NCBI RefSeq assembly: GCF_036321535.1
Contig: NC_087436.1
Span: forward strand, 66,838,001 to 66,902,000
Length of the DNA: 64,000 nt
Source of the DNA: Camelus dromedarius
Taxonomy: Eukaryota
Direction of reading: 5' to 3'
Shown here one piece after another: positions 39,448 through 52,905 of the stretch (its first letter is position 1; every line of letters begins with the position of its first letter). The notes beneath the pieces are model-generated. The model was given only the letters and a program-made list of their open reading frames with translations. It searched no databases and had not been told where the DNA came from. Made by a program: the position numbers and the translations under genes.

Positions 39448-41279
39448 CTGTCAAAAGAAATAAGAGACTAAGCTTTTCCCCAGAACAGATGCAGTGTTTG
39501 CTTTGTGAATAATGTCATTATTTTGACTAGCATACATAGATTACATATAACACCATCTTTTCATAAGTTCAAAATTTTTTCATAGGCTTCTGAATCATAA
39601 ATAACAAGCTATTCATTCAGATAATCAAATATTTATTTTAAGTATTTAAATGAAACATGTTGGGAATATATATATTTTTAATGATTTTTATGCCATAGGA
39701 GCTTCTATCAAATTATATTCTAAATAAATACTGAATATGTATTTAACACTGAAGTACTGCTTTGAGTATAATTTTCATTTTCGCTATTATTAATACAGCT
39801 TATGTTGAAGAAATGCAGAATTTTCCACTATGCTCAGAGAATGGCAGGGTACACAGTTGGGGCTAAAATTCTGTGGTTTAATTAATTAATTAATAGGTGC
39901 CAATAGCTTCACAAATTCTGTTACAATGAAGAGAATTCATGATTGAGCTGGTATATCAATCACATTATATTGATTTCAGGAGGAGTCAGACTTTAGGCAT
40001 TTATTTATATTTTGCTCCATTTTAGAACTTTCCTTTTGAGGTTCTCACTGATTCAACATCTGTCTATTCTAGTATCAGCCAGGTTTGCATTATAAAAACA
40101 ATAGTGCTCTACAAAGGGTAAAAAAATGTGCCTTATTCAATTCTGCACTGACAATACTTATCACGGTATTTGACCACAGAAAGTGTTCACATAGTGTTCT
40201 GCAGCTCATGCTTGAGTGGCATGGCATGAAGAATGTAACTGAACTGTTCAGACTCACTTGAAGAAAAGGTTCTTTGATACCCTTGTTAAGTTGGTGGTAA
40301 GGTAAGTAAACGCTAACAAAGTAAATCTTTTTCTTCTGTAGATTCTCTGGACTCTTGTATTTTTCTTTCTTCTTGATTGATTATAAAGCCAACCTTCAAT
40401 ATTCCAATTGCCTCCTATGGGACGATTGAAGACCACTGAACTGATGATTTGATGACTTTTTAGAGCTTAGTTAAAATAAAGCAAATCAACCACCTATATT
40501 TTTTCCTTTTTTTAAAATTCACTATATAGATTTAAAAGTATTTATTTAAGCATCAATGAACATTTGCTAAAGCTTAAAGATAAACTTGTATTTCCATAGA
40601 ATTTTTTGATAGACATAATGAAGTGGGGCTAATTTTCATGTGCTATAAATGATCTTGAGTTTTAGTAATCCATGCTAAGGCTTCCTGCCATCACCATGAA
40701 TAATCAGGAATTGACAAAAATGAGAAGGTACTTTTTTCAGAAGATCTAATTATAGCGATAGTAAAGCCTTAATGCTCTTATAAATTCAGAGAGAATGTGA
40801 AGGTATTTGAAAGATAAGAAGAGCTTTTTGATAGTATTAGGGACATTCTTGTAGTTAAATGATTAGGAGAAGATTTAAAATATTCTTTTTCTTATAATAG
40901 GATTGCTGTAGCAGCCAGTACCATTCTTAGCTAAGTTATCCAATTTTTCTTCTTTTATCCTTTTCAATAAACCCATTCTCACTTTAAACACGATTTGCTT
41001 TCAAAGAAATGAACTGTCAATCCACACGTTCTGCATATTAGGAACTCATTTATCTTTCCTGAAACAAAAGTCATTTCTTTTTAACCAGTGCCTTTTAGTT
41101 TAAAGACTTTATACGATAGTATATATAACACTGTTGATCAAATCCATGGGAACGTTGGAAATAGGAAATAATAGAAATGTAAGTAAAAAGTAGATAAATG
41201 TATCTTTCTGTTCAGTTGTTGAACAAAATGCTTTCTGCAGGTGGTGGGCCATAAATTTTGCTTGGTACTGGGTTACGAA

Positions 41280-42130
41280 GGTGAAAAAGCCAGACACGGT
41301 CCGGCCTTTATGAGTCTTAAAGGTGCTGCACAAATAATTATAAATATGATTATGCCAGGAAAGAGAAAGAGCATGGGAGTGAATATAGACACCAAATTTA
41401 GCCTGGCATGCCAAAGAAGACTTCCCTTAGGAAGCTGAGTCTCTGCTGAGTTGTCAAGATCAGGAAAAGTATCCCATCTGAGGAGGAGTATTGCAGAGTC
41501 TTAGAGGGTGAAATCTTCTCAGAGAACCAAAAAAGGAGGAGAGCAAATCAGGAGATGGAGAAAACCAAAAAACGAAACAAAATAAAACCAATCAGGGGGA
41601 GTGTAGGAATAAAGAGACAGAGATGATGTGAGGGAAGAGGATATCAAATCAGAAACACCTAATCGTTTCTATTATTTGGCACTTTAAATTTATGGGTAAA
41701 AATAAGTCATTACAAAGTTTTAAGTAGGGAAATAATACGATCAAAGTGGTGTTTAAGAGATCATTTCACAGAAGCATGGGCAATGGACTGGAGAGGAACA
41801 TGGATGGAGGCATTTGGCCCTTTTGTTTCTGTTGCACTGGTCTGGAAATGGGCAAGAGTGGTTCCAGCAGTGATAGACAAGAGTAGGTGAATTCAAGAGA
41901 TAAGTGTGAAGTACAATCAGCAAGATTTCATGACACATTTAATAAAGCAGATGCATGAGTGAGAAATCCTCAGAATGACTCTAAGGTGCCTGGCTTAAAC
42001 TGCAATACTGGTGCCATTTTCTCAGATAGAGAACACTAGTTATGAAATGTGTTGGGGGAAGATAACGATTGCGTTTAAAGTATTATTTAATTTGAGGCGG
42101 CTAAAGAAATCCAAATAGAGGTATAGAAGG
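41280..42130 (-). mobile_element. L2 fragment
   Basis: gaattcaagagataag...aatcagcaagatttcatgacacattt...aatgactctaaggtgcctggcttaaactg...tttgagg motifs. Confidence 0.5.
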
Positions 42131-43199
42131 AAAACTGTAGGGTTAATGTTGTCCAAGAAAAATATCATAAAATCATAATCATCCACTGCCTTCAAACCAC
42201 GGCCCTAAATCCAAATGGGACATGCACTGCTGCTAGACAATCTTAGTATTATTTCCTTAGTTAATTCCAGTTCGCAGCATCAAGGTGATTATTTTGTAGC
42301 ATTTCCTATTTCTTCTAATTCCTTACAAGCTCTATTCCTTTGTGACTCTCCTGGTACATTTGTGTATGTGCTGAGAAAACAAGTCATCACAGAGGAACTT
42401 TCTTATTTTCTTATTTTCTTACCACCAAATCTCCAAGCCTATGTGCACTTGTACCTTTCTTCCTGTTAAAATGGAAACATATCTTTGCTCTTTATATAAA
42501 AAAAAAAATCTATTTGAATTAGGAATCCCATCTGTAACTCTGAGAGTCATCTTCCAAGTGTCTAAGATCCCTCTTACATGCTCAGGTTCTCTCTCTCTCT
42601 TCCTCCCTCATCTAGTCATTCACAGAAGTCTGATACAATTTTCCAGAACTTTTCAATGGAAATAACATGAAACAAACCAAAACAAACAACACAACTATCA
42701 ATCTTGCTTGATTCCAATTCTCCCTATGGTTACCAAACAGTTTTGTTTCCATGCAGAACAACAGTTTCTTAAATTATTTTCTTAAAATATTTTCTTAAAA
42801 TATATTAAATGCATGTATCTACAGTTCCTCATTTTAAATCACACGTTGACACGCTCCACCCCACTGCAACTGCTTTGGTTAAGAATGTAGTTGTCTTGTT
42901 GCCATAATTCTCAACAGCATTTGATCATCTCTTCTTTCTGTAAACTCCAGTTAATTTTACTACAGAATGCTAGCATAGCCTATGAGTTTCCACATAATAT
43001 TTAAGAAACCCTTTAAATATGGTCTCCTACCACACTCACTATCTCCATCCCTACTAATCTTGTAATTTCCAGCACTTGAGCAACTCCTTTGAATATTGCA
43101 GGAAAAGCATTCCAGGAAAAGACAAGAAGTGTAAATTAGGAAAAAAAAAAAAAGCTTATAATCAATGATAAGGGATTTGGATTTAATCTGAATGCATTT

Positions 43200-43341
43200 T
43201 GGCGGGGGGAGAGGTAATTACGTTTTTATATATATATATATTTTTAAATGGAAGTACTGGGGATTAAACCCATCAATGGATGTACTGGGGACATTGTGCA
43301 TGCTAAGCACACAGTCTACCACTGAGCTACGCCCTCTGCCC
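43200..43341 (-). mobile_element. tRNA-derived SINE (Vic-1-like) with 10-bp TSD
   Basis: Reverse complement reads gggcagagggcgtagctcagtggtagactgtgtgcttagcatgcac. TSD gaatgcattt at 43190-43199 and 43342-43351. Confidence 0.88.
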
Positions 43342-45757
43342 GAATGCATTTAGAAGACACTGCATGTATTATTTTTTGAAGGCGCTCTTTCTGTTAAGCA
43401 CTGTGGCAAAGAATATTTGTACTGTGGTGAGAAAGTAAAAATTCTACTCTATACCCTGAAGCCACAACATATTTGAGAAACAGAAAATAAATAATAGTAA
43501 AAAAAAAAAAAGGCAAAATTGACTTTTTACATTTTAATCAGGGCAATATTCAACAAATAATTATTTAGGTAAGCAGTAAAATTTCTGTAAATCCCAACTT
43601 GATATGTTTGATTCAAAAATAAAGGAAGCTCTGGAGCAAAGTTGTTTCATATGACACTTGTACATTACCTAAATATTATTGGAAAATATTATGCAAATCC
43701 CTGTAAGCTGGACAAGGAATAGGAGACCAAACACTGCATCCTATGTTAACAGGTTTCAGGAGGCTATTTTAGCAGTCCTCTGGAGGGAAGGAAACTATTT
43801 TTAGTAATCCTATTCTGTTCATGCTTCAAGACTCATTTTATAAGCACTACCTTTTCCATGACGCTTGTGCTGAATTCCATGATTACATATTCTTCCTTTA
43901 CACATCCTTTAGATCTTTGAACTATTTACTTAGCACCTCTTTTATGGAAGACAGAAAGTATTTTGTCATAATTTCATGTGTATGAATTCTCAACTACTCC
44001 CAGTCTGTATAAACATCTTGGACAATGGAAACTGCTCATTTGATTTTCATTCTATGGAGCATAGTTCTTTGTACTGAGTACATATTCATCAGTACTTATT
44101 GGTATGAATAATATATCTGTGTCTTTCTCAGGGTTTAAATGATATAACAGGAACTTAATAAAAGCTGGTTAACTGTAATTGTTTAAATATTAAGTTCTAC
44201 AAGTAAAAAATAACCTTACATCTTCACACACTGCTTTACAAGTTTTGCACAAACTATCAACACTAGCTCTCATACTGATCGCTTTAAAAACAAGGATGTT
44301 ATAGATGTCAATTAAAATACAGTTTTAAAAATCTAAACAGAAAAAAGCATGTCATCAATATTCAAATGAATAAAGGCTGTCATTTGTTAAAATTGCAAAA
44401 AGGTGCTGCCCACTCTGATTAGGATTTTTTAAAAAGTCCTCAAAGTTACCAAAAATGGTTAAGGTGACAAGTTAGAATTTTTTCAACTATTTATGGACAA
44501 TTAAATTATTTTTAATGTTTCCAAAATATTTTAGCCTTAAAGGTCCATCACTCTTGGGATACCCAAGTGAATTCATTTTACAATTCAAAGTCAGTACTTC
44601 AGAAGCATGGTCACCAAGAAAAAAAATTTAGAAGTAATATAAAATATACTGTTTTTTATTCTTTACTTGTTTTTATTTTTTACTGTTTATTTGTTACTAT
44701 TTACCATTTACTTTTTAGTTGTTTACTGCTTTTTAATATATAATACTATAATTACCCCCACTAGAATTAAAATATACAGATCATTTAAAAACATATATAA
44801 AAGGAAATGGGAATAAAACTGCACACAGACTATTGTTGATAGAATTCAAGACATAATTAACCTTCAAAAATGTTATTGGATTTATCTAATTATGCTTTAT
44901 TAAGAATGACAGAAAATCACTATGAACAAGATTTTTACCATAGTTCTATCATATGTGAAAGTCAGAGGATATCAGCTATGTCAAATTTGCTTTTTAAATA
45001 GATTTTTCAAAATGAGGTGCCCACAAGACAGGCTAGTCGAAATTTAGAAGATGTGTTAATTGAGAAAAACTGCATAACACAACATGCAATCAGAAAATCA
45101 CAACTCAAAAAATATGGAATAATATGTATACCAAAATTTAATAATAACAGCAGATTTCTCCTTATATTTAAAATATATGCTAAGTAGGAAAAATAGGCAT
45201 TGTGTTAAAGCACTGATATATTAAAGTAGATTTTAAACTAGGTAAAGTTCTTGAAAGTTTACAAACAGAAACAAGAGAAAGATCCTATTTTAGAATTTAG
45301 AATAAGCTAATTAGAATATAAGTTTACATAATTGAAAGCAATAAGGCTTCTCTGAATATTAGAAAACAATATCAAAGAAGAACAAGAATACGATTGATAA
45401 ATACATTAAATCTCTCTCCCTGTCTCTATATAATTTAGGCTCAGCAAGTATTTATAGAAGCTCAAAGAATTATATAATATTTATAAATAGAGAGTAAAAT
45501 TAATTGCTACATATCCTTTATATATTCATTCACTCAATATCTGTAATGAACCAAACTTATGTGTCATAAACTGTACTGGACACTGGACATTAAAACATAT
45601 TCATTGTCATTAAGCCATTAAATAACTCAGTCATGTGTGGCAATTGCTTGCATGTTGTCTGGCACATATTTAGACATTCATTAACTGTTTAATTTTGTTC
45701 AGTTTAACACACACAATTTTAAAGACACTCAAAATGACGATTTAAAAATAGCATCCT

Positions 45758-45779
45758 GTGTGTGTGTGTGTGTGTGTGT
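45758..45779. repeat. (TG)n microsatellite
   Basis: Visible TG run. Confidence 0.9.
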
Positions 45780-46439
45780 AGAGACAAAAACTGTGGTCTT
45801 TCAGTAAAAGACATTATATATATATATTATAAATCATAATTACAAATAAAATTATGAATTTTATACATTTATAAAATACATTTTATATTATAAATTATAA
45901 ACAAACTATAGATGTATGACTTTAAAAATTGTTTAGAATTGTATTACTTTCACATTTTTGTTTCTAAATCTGTCTTTTATAGAAGTGCTGTATTCTGTAG
46001 TGTCAATGATCGATTCTAATACTGAATTGAATTGAACTCCCTCTCATAGTCTAGGGTAAGACAGCTCCTGTAAGAGTTCATCAAACAGTAGAATATCCTT
46101 AAATTTATTAAAAAATATATTATGCACCAATATCACCTCCTACTTAAGTTAGAACTTATATACTTCATAACTAATAGCTAGCAAAGTTAGAAGATACTTA
46201 AAATGTAAAATATACTGAAGAAAATATGTATAGGTAAAACCAGTTTACCAAATGAGCGAGGATGGAATGTCTTTCATGCTCAAGTAAAGCATGTCGATTG
46301 AATTATTACTTTGTTAACAATGGTATGTTTTTCCAAGATAAAACAGTTAAGCTAAACTAATTTCAATTTCACAAGTTTAAATACCAAGAGCCCTGCAGAG
46401 TATTCATGAAAAGACATTCTGCAGTGATATGATATGTTC

Positions 46440-46493
46440 CTCCACTTTGACAACATGGACATGCTTCTCCACTTTGACAACATGGACATGCTT
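46440..46493. repeat. Perfect 27-bp tandem duplication
   Basis: ctccactttgacaacatggacatgctt twice. Confidence 0.95.
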
Positions 46494-49400
46494 GAGATAC
46501 AGTAACAAACACATAAAGCACTCTGTGGTTTGGAATGGACTGACACATGGCCTTTAAACTGTGTACAGCTGTAAATCACAATACTACCATTTTATATTTA
46601 TCTAATTGAACTTCCATTGAAATAAAAGCTACAAAATTTCAGTAACTCTTCAAAGACTTCTATAACCAACCTACACAAGGATGAACATTTACTGAAAATA
46701 ATAGAATTCATGGTCTCTCTCAAAGAAGAGGCCATAATTTTCCTTTAATTGTTGATTGACTGGATTCCTCTACAATAATAAATTGCTACAGATAATTTTA
46801 AAGTTGTATTTTAATTATTAATTTCCTGGATACTTTTTTATCCCTATAATTTCAAAGATGCTGAGCAGTTTTCCTCCCCCAAACAAGTATCAGCATGCTT
46901 CAGTAATAATGTGTACAGGATGTGTATGAGAATGTGCGTGAGTGCACAAAACGCTTCAGATATTTGGTTACATACCTTCCACTTCACTAAAAAATTAATT
47001 AGATAAAATTAATTTAAAATTTCAATTAAATATTCAAGAGTTTAAAAGAAGTATTTATGTTGTTATAATGCATAGACTTGAAAGGCATACTTTAAAAGGT
47101 TAGAAAAAGTTAATAGAAAATATGTTTGAATTACTCATCCTACCTTTTCTACTCTCAGACATTATCTTTACTTTTTCATAGACACACACAGCAGGTATCC
47201 ATCTGAATAAGAATTAATCTTGACATCAGCAAATACTGTGTAGTTATGTTATGTCCCTTTTCTTACGAACAAGTGGTACTTTTGAACAGTCTTTCATAAT
47301 TTAAATTCTTTTTAAGTAAGGAAGTATCAGCTATCAGATATGTTTGGTGAATCCATTTCTCAGTGAACATGGACTACTTTCAAAAAACAAAATGGAAATT
47401 AAGTTTAATCAAATTAAATGACTTTTTAATTTTAAATGGTAAACCTTTATTTTATTATGCCTTCAACTGATAAAAGCCTTAGAGCCAAAAAATCCAGGGG
47501 ATGGCTGAGCTACAAAACATTGAGAAAACAGACTTTTACACATTCCTTTCAGAGTACCTAAAACTTAGCACTAAGCCCTGCAAGTATGTTCAACATATTT
47601 TCATGGGTTAATTGGCTATCCAGAATGTATAATTCTTTTGTATCTTCACAAGCAAAATTAATGTCTATAATTATTTTATAAGCTTAGAGAAAAGTCAGAA
47701 ACCTTTTTGAGAATGAATTTTACTGTGTATGAAAGGGGAATTCTATGGGTGAATACTATTTCACCAAAGACCAAGACACAAAGTTTAGCATTTGTTTATT
47801 GATAATAAAACATACATTATCTTTCCTAAATTAAAAGGTATAAAAGAACCCCACTCTCTCACCATAGGCAAGGACAGCTGTTCTGTACAAATTAATTAAA
47901 TCTGACAATATCTAGGCCTTTTCACTTCATTTCATATCGAAATTAAACATTGATAAAATATCATGAAATAATCTTGTGTCAGCTTATAGTGTTTTTCTTC
48001 ATTACTGAATGGTTTAATCCCTGTGCTTTTCTGAACATTATTCGTGATAATATGAATGTGTATTGTCTTGCTAAGTGGGATGTACCATTTAAATATTAAG
48101 CTGGATGATGTCTTGTAATTGAAAGAAAAGTGTATATGGCTTATGTATTAGATTTGAAGTATCCATTATTATTAGAATCAGGTAATGAAAGCCAGTTTGT
48201 TTAACTCATGTCTGTATGGTCATAAAATAAGTCTAGTTATGAATCATGAAGTAAGTATGTTCCAGGTAATGCAATAAACCTTACATGAAGGGACAAAAGA
48301 ATCCAACACAATATTTGTTATGCAAATGTAGGCAAGGTTAGGCTCAGGGTCTTGACCTAGACTGCTATGGTAAAAACAGTGCTTTGTTATGAACATTTCT
48401 CTTTGGACCACTCGGCATTACCTCCTACTTCACAAATTCAGAAGATGATACCACCTATGAAACAAAATTATATCTACTTTGATGTAATGAAAACATACAG
48501 ATTAAGTATGTGCTGTTTTGGAATAAAGAATAAGCCATTATATGTAGTTTAAATGCATTAGTGATAATTTTCTTCTTAAAAATCAAACAATAACTACAAC
48601 AAAGGAAAACTTACTCCTCAGTCCAGAGAATTACTCCCTAGATTGATTATAATTTGAGTTTAACTAAAATGTTAACAATGCAGTTTTTTAAAAAGCATAG
48701 AAATAGAGAGATTAACTGTAATAAGCGTTTAAAATCTGTAATTTGCATTAAAACAAAAGAGATATTTAAAAATTGCCTTGATTATTTGCAAGAAAGAATA
48801 CTTGAATATAGGCTATAGTTGGTTTATATGGATATAAATATAAATACAATGAAGGCAGTGTAGAGAACACATAAGACATGCAATTGTTCTAAACCAGTTT
48901 TCTCCAAATTGTACACTAAGAATTAAACTGAATCAAGCCATTTCGCAAATGTTCAATCCACATCTATGAAATGTTGTTTTAAATTGAAAGTCTGCAAGTT
49001 AGCAAAAGCAACTTGCTAGTGCAGTTAATTTGGCAAAAGCAGTCATCTATTTGCCCCTAATTTTCAGTGTGCAAGTGCCCTACTGGGCCTGAAATTAAAC
49101 AATTTCAGATGTCAACATTAGGGGCAAAATTCTTTATTCACAGAATGGGAGATTCATCTCCAAAAAACCTGGTAAAGACTGTCTTTTAATACTTTACCTT
49201 ATTTCTAGAAATTCTGAGCCAGCAAAAAGCTCAAATATAGTTCATAGCATTATATAGTACATTATCTTTATTTGTCGAGGTTTAGCTCACATAATTTTTT
49301 CTTCTTAGTTTAATGTGATCAGTACTATGGAATTACTCAGTCATTCCCAGAGTTTATTTTTATGTCCTAGCTATCGGGTGATCTCAATTTCAAAATCAGA

Positions 49401-49689
49401 ATGGGGCTTGGCCTTTTTCAAAAGCCAGAGCAGGAAGAAAAAGGAAGCCAGAAAAACAACTCTAAATGGCTGATCTTAGAGATGATTAGAAAGCAGGTTC
49501 TTTATTTTGTGAAATGGAAGATTAGACCTTAAAGTTATAATCTTAATCCAAATTAGATTATGTTTCAAAGTATATTTGTTTTCCACTGTCACTTTATGAT
49601 TACCATTCTGCCATCATCTCACCAAAAATTCTCTTTTATAATTACATGACATAGAGATCACAATTACAGTAGCCATACTAAAAAACAAA

Positions 49690-49900
49690 CTGACATATAT
49701 TTAGCATGTCCACTAGTGCCAGTGAGTGAGTGAAACTCTACACAGATCCAGAGCATTTAATTAGGACAATAATAATAATAAGTCAGTGCTATTAACAATT
49801 CCATTTTATAGGTACAAGGCTAAGCAATGTGCCTAAGTTCTTAAAACCAGCCAGTAAGTAAAGAAGCCGGCAGTTCAGCACAGGTGTGTCTGGTAAGCTT
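49690..49900 (-). mobile_element. MIR SINE
   Basis: ccattttataggtacaaggctaagcaatgtgcctaagttc...ccagtaagta. Confidence 0.55.
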
Positions 49901-50162
49901 TCTCACCATTGCTCTGCTGAGAGAAGGCCTTGAGGCACTAGCTTTCTGGTTCCTGGATAATAGATACTCTCTGTTTAACCATCCTCAGCTTTGAGGATTG
50001 TGGAGAACATTTCAAGTGTATTCTATGCAATCTCAGGTAATGGAGACTGCTATTAGCAGAACCTTATTCACTACTTTTTTCTCCTTACTGTGTTCTCCAC
50101 AGTGCCTGTTTTTAACTCTTTCAGTCTATGTGACCACATAATAGCTCCTCTTTGATTAGATA

Positions 50163-50420
50163 AGCATAGACTTATGAGGTCACATAGACTTGAGTTCAAA
50201 TCACAGCAATTTCACATTGTATCCATAAGACCCTTGAGTTGATACTTTACAACCCTGAGACTAAATTTCCTCATCTATAAAATAGTAGCTCCTTTATGGC
50301 TATTTGCAAGGGTTTAATTGGAATATGTAGATATAAATATAAATATGGATATGTCTGATGTATAACACACACACCCATCTATGTGTAGTGCGTGCTTGGC
50401 AGAGAACACACACTTAACAG
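50163..50420 (+). mobile_element. MIR SINE
   Basis: agacttgagttcaaatc...accctgagactaaatttcctcatctataaaatag. Confidence 0.65.
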
Positions 50421-51526
50421 ATGACAGCTCTTTAAAACTAATATGATGAATACTGTAATTAATATGCCAATGGTCATCAAGGTTATAGTTACCTCTGTCT
50501 ATCCATTTCAATTCAGAATAGATTTATATCTCACAAGACTGTAGAATTGGAAATGACCTTACAAGTGACAGTCACATGCCAGACATAATCCATGCACATA
50601 CTAGGTTTGTATAATCAGCAGTCATTCCTCTTACCTCCTATTGTTTTTCCACTGAAGGAATGAATGTCTTTCTTAATTTAGATTTTAGGTTAGTTTTAAT
50701 GAAGCTTTGTCTTTTACTCTTACTCAAGTGTTAATATGAAGGAACCATATTCAGGACTTTTAACTATTTAACAAAGACAGAAAGATTAAATAACCTGCCT
50801 AAAATCACACAGAAATTTTGGACTCAAGTTTTCGCCCCTGATTCCAATGTTATACTTTTTCAAATATATTACTAAATTATTCTCAGAAGGATAAGAACTC
50901 ATTTTAAAACAAAAATCAATCTCATAGAACCATATGCCACAGAAAGTGTTTTGTTGTGATGGCTGCTGTTAGAATTCACCTCTTTCACTTGTGTTACCTT
51001 GAATATCTCCCAATTATCTTGATTAATTTCACACACTCCATATTTAGGGCAAGTCTGAACTGAGATATACAAATTCAAAATTTTCACTCCATTAGAACGC
51101 AAAACGTTAAGAGACTGTCAGTATTTGTAAGGTTTATCCCTTTAGTACAATCAGGAATAAACTTTTATAAGGCTAAAATTTGGCCCATGATAATTTTTCC
51201 ATCCTTAAATATATATTAAAAAAATCTCAAAAGTTAGATAATCTTTGTCTCTGTGAGATTCTAGACATGTAGGATATAATACTTTTCTTACAATTTTGTA
51301 GCATAACTTCACAATTTAAGGGAAATTTCTTTAAGAAACTACAGTTTGAATAATATGAATGACTAATCTAAAACTTACAGGTGATAAAGGCCAATGAAAG
51401 CATGTAGAGTATGTTATAGAACCTCACATTTTATGTTTCTTTTTTCTTTTCTAACATCATGAACCTACCAAATTGACATATTTTTCAGCATGAAATTTAC
51501 AACACTGATATTGAAAGGAGAGCATT

Positions 51527-51692
51527 TGTTATGGATGATATGTTTGGGTCCCCTCAAAATTTCTATGCTTAAGTCCCAACTTTCAATGTGATAGTATGAG
51601 GGGGTGGGACCTATGCGAGGTAACTAAATGGGTAAGGTCATGAGGGTGGGGCCATCATGATGAGACTAGTGGCCTTATAAGAAGAGACACAG
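51527..51692 (+). mobile_element. 5' part of an MLT1A/MST-like LTR
   Basis: tgttatggatgatatgtttgggtcccctcaaaatttctatg...ggtcatgagggtggggccatcatgatgagactagtggccttataagaagag. Confidence 0.75.
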
Positions 51693-52330
51693 TGGCTGGA
51701 GCAGAGTTAGTGGAAGTAAGTGCATTAGGGCATGTGATCAGAGGGGTAGTGGGCAACAGATCACAGAGGGCTTTGAAAGCTGTTGCAAAAACTTTCACTT
51801 TTACTCAGAGAAATGACAATACAATTTTAAAGGATCACTGTCGCTTCTGTCTTGAGAACTAACTAATGGATAAAGAGGGAAAACAAGAACAGTTAAGAGA
51901 TTAAATCGTCCACCAGAAGGATGATGCTGGTTTGGTTCAGGGTGGTAGTAGTGGAAGTGGTGTGAAACCACTGGATGCTACATGTAACTGCAGGTAGATA
52001 AAACAGCATTTGCTGACTTACCTGATGTGGGATATCAGATAAAGACAGGAGTAAAGCATGATTTGAGGAACTAAAAGGGTGAAACTGTCCTTATCAGATA
52101 CAGAGAAGTTTGCAGATGGTGCAGGTTTTCAGGGGAAGATGGAGAATTCAGTTTGGGACATATTACGTTTGAGAAGTATGAGACATTCAAGTGAAGATGT
52201 CAACCATACAGCTGGATAGATGAGTCCGGAGTACGAGAGAGAAGTCTGGGCTGAAATTAAGGGTATTTAAGGCCACGGGACTTAATAAAATCTCCATGGG
52301 AAAGAGTGTGCATGGAGAAGAGAAGACTGT
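51692..52330 (-). mobile_element. L2 fragment
   Basis: tggctggagcagag...aaaggatcactg...gaattcagtttgggacatattacgtttgag...cagctggatagatgagtc...tctgggctgaaat. Confidence 0.75.
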
Positions 52331-52439
52331 CCTCCACACTCAGCATCCAACACACAAGATTCCAGACATCTTTGTCGACTGACTTTGGCTGGGTTCTTAA
52401 GATACAAAGATACTACCAAGAGACTCAAAGCATAACTTT

Positions 52440-52640
52440 CAGTTATTTATTTACTAATTATTGTGTCTTCAAAGTTCTGGGCAATTTAAGATACACTTTA
52501 ATTAAATTTCATCAGTTAAAACTCTCAAGAAACCCATGAGGTTAAATAATATCATCTTCATTTTATACTTAAGTAAACTGTACTCCTGAAATATACCCAA
52601 GAACAAAGCTGAGATTCAGACCCAGTTCTGCTCACTGACA
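52440..52640 (-). mobile_element. MIR SINE
   Basis: aacccatgaggttaaataatatcatcttcattttatacttaagtaaactg...gctgagattcagacccagttctg. Confidence 0.6.
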
Positions 52641-52905
52641 AGTCTGTCTCCCAGCCTCCTATTACCTTTATCCTTGAAGGGATTCTGGCTCTTTATTCCT
52701 GAAAGGATTCTGGGTCTGCCAGCCTTCTTTCCCAAGAAGAAATTTGGCTCCACTCTCTCTCCAACCTTCCTTTTGGTTTCTCAAGGAAAACCCATACTGG
52801 GCTGAACTAAGTGCCACCTGGCTTTGTACCATCCCACTTTTTAAACAAAGATGGACAAAACTAAATAATAAATTGTCTGTGGGAACATTTTCACTTTTTC
52901 CTCTG

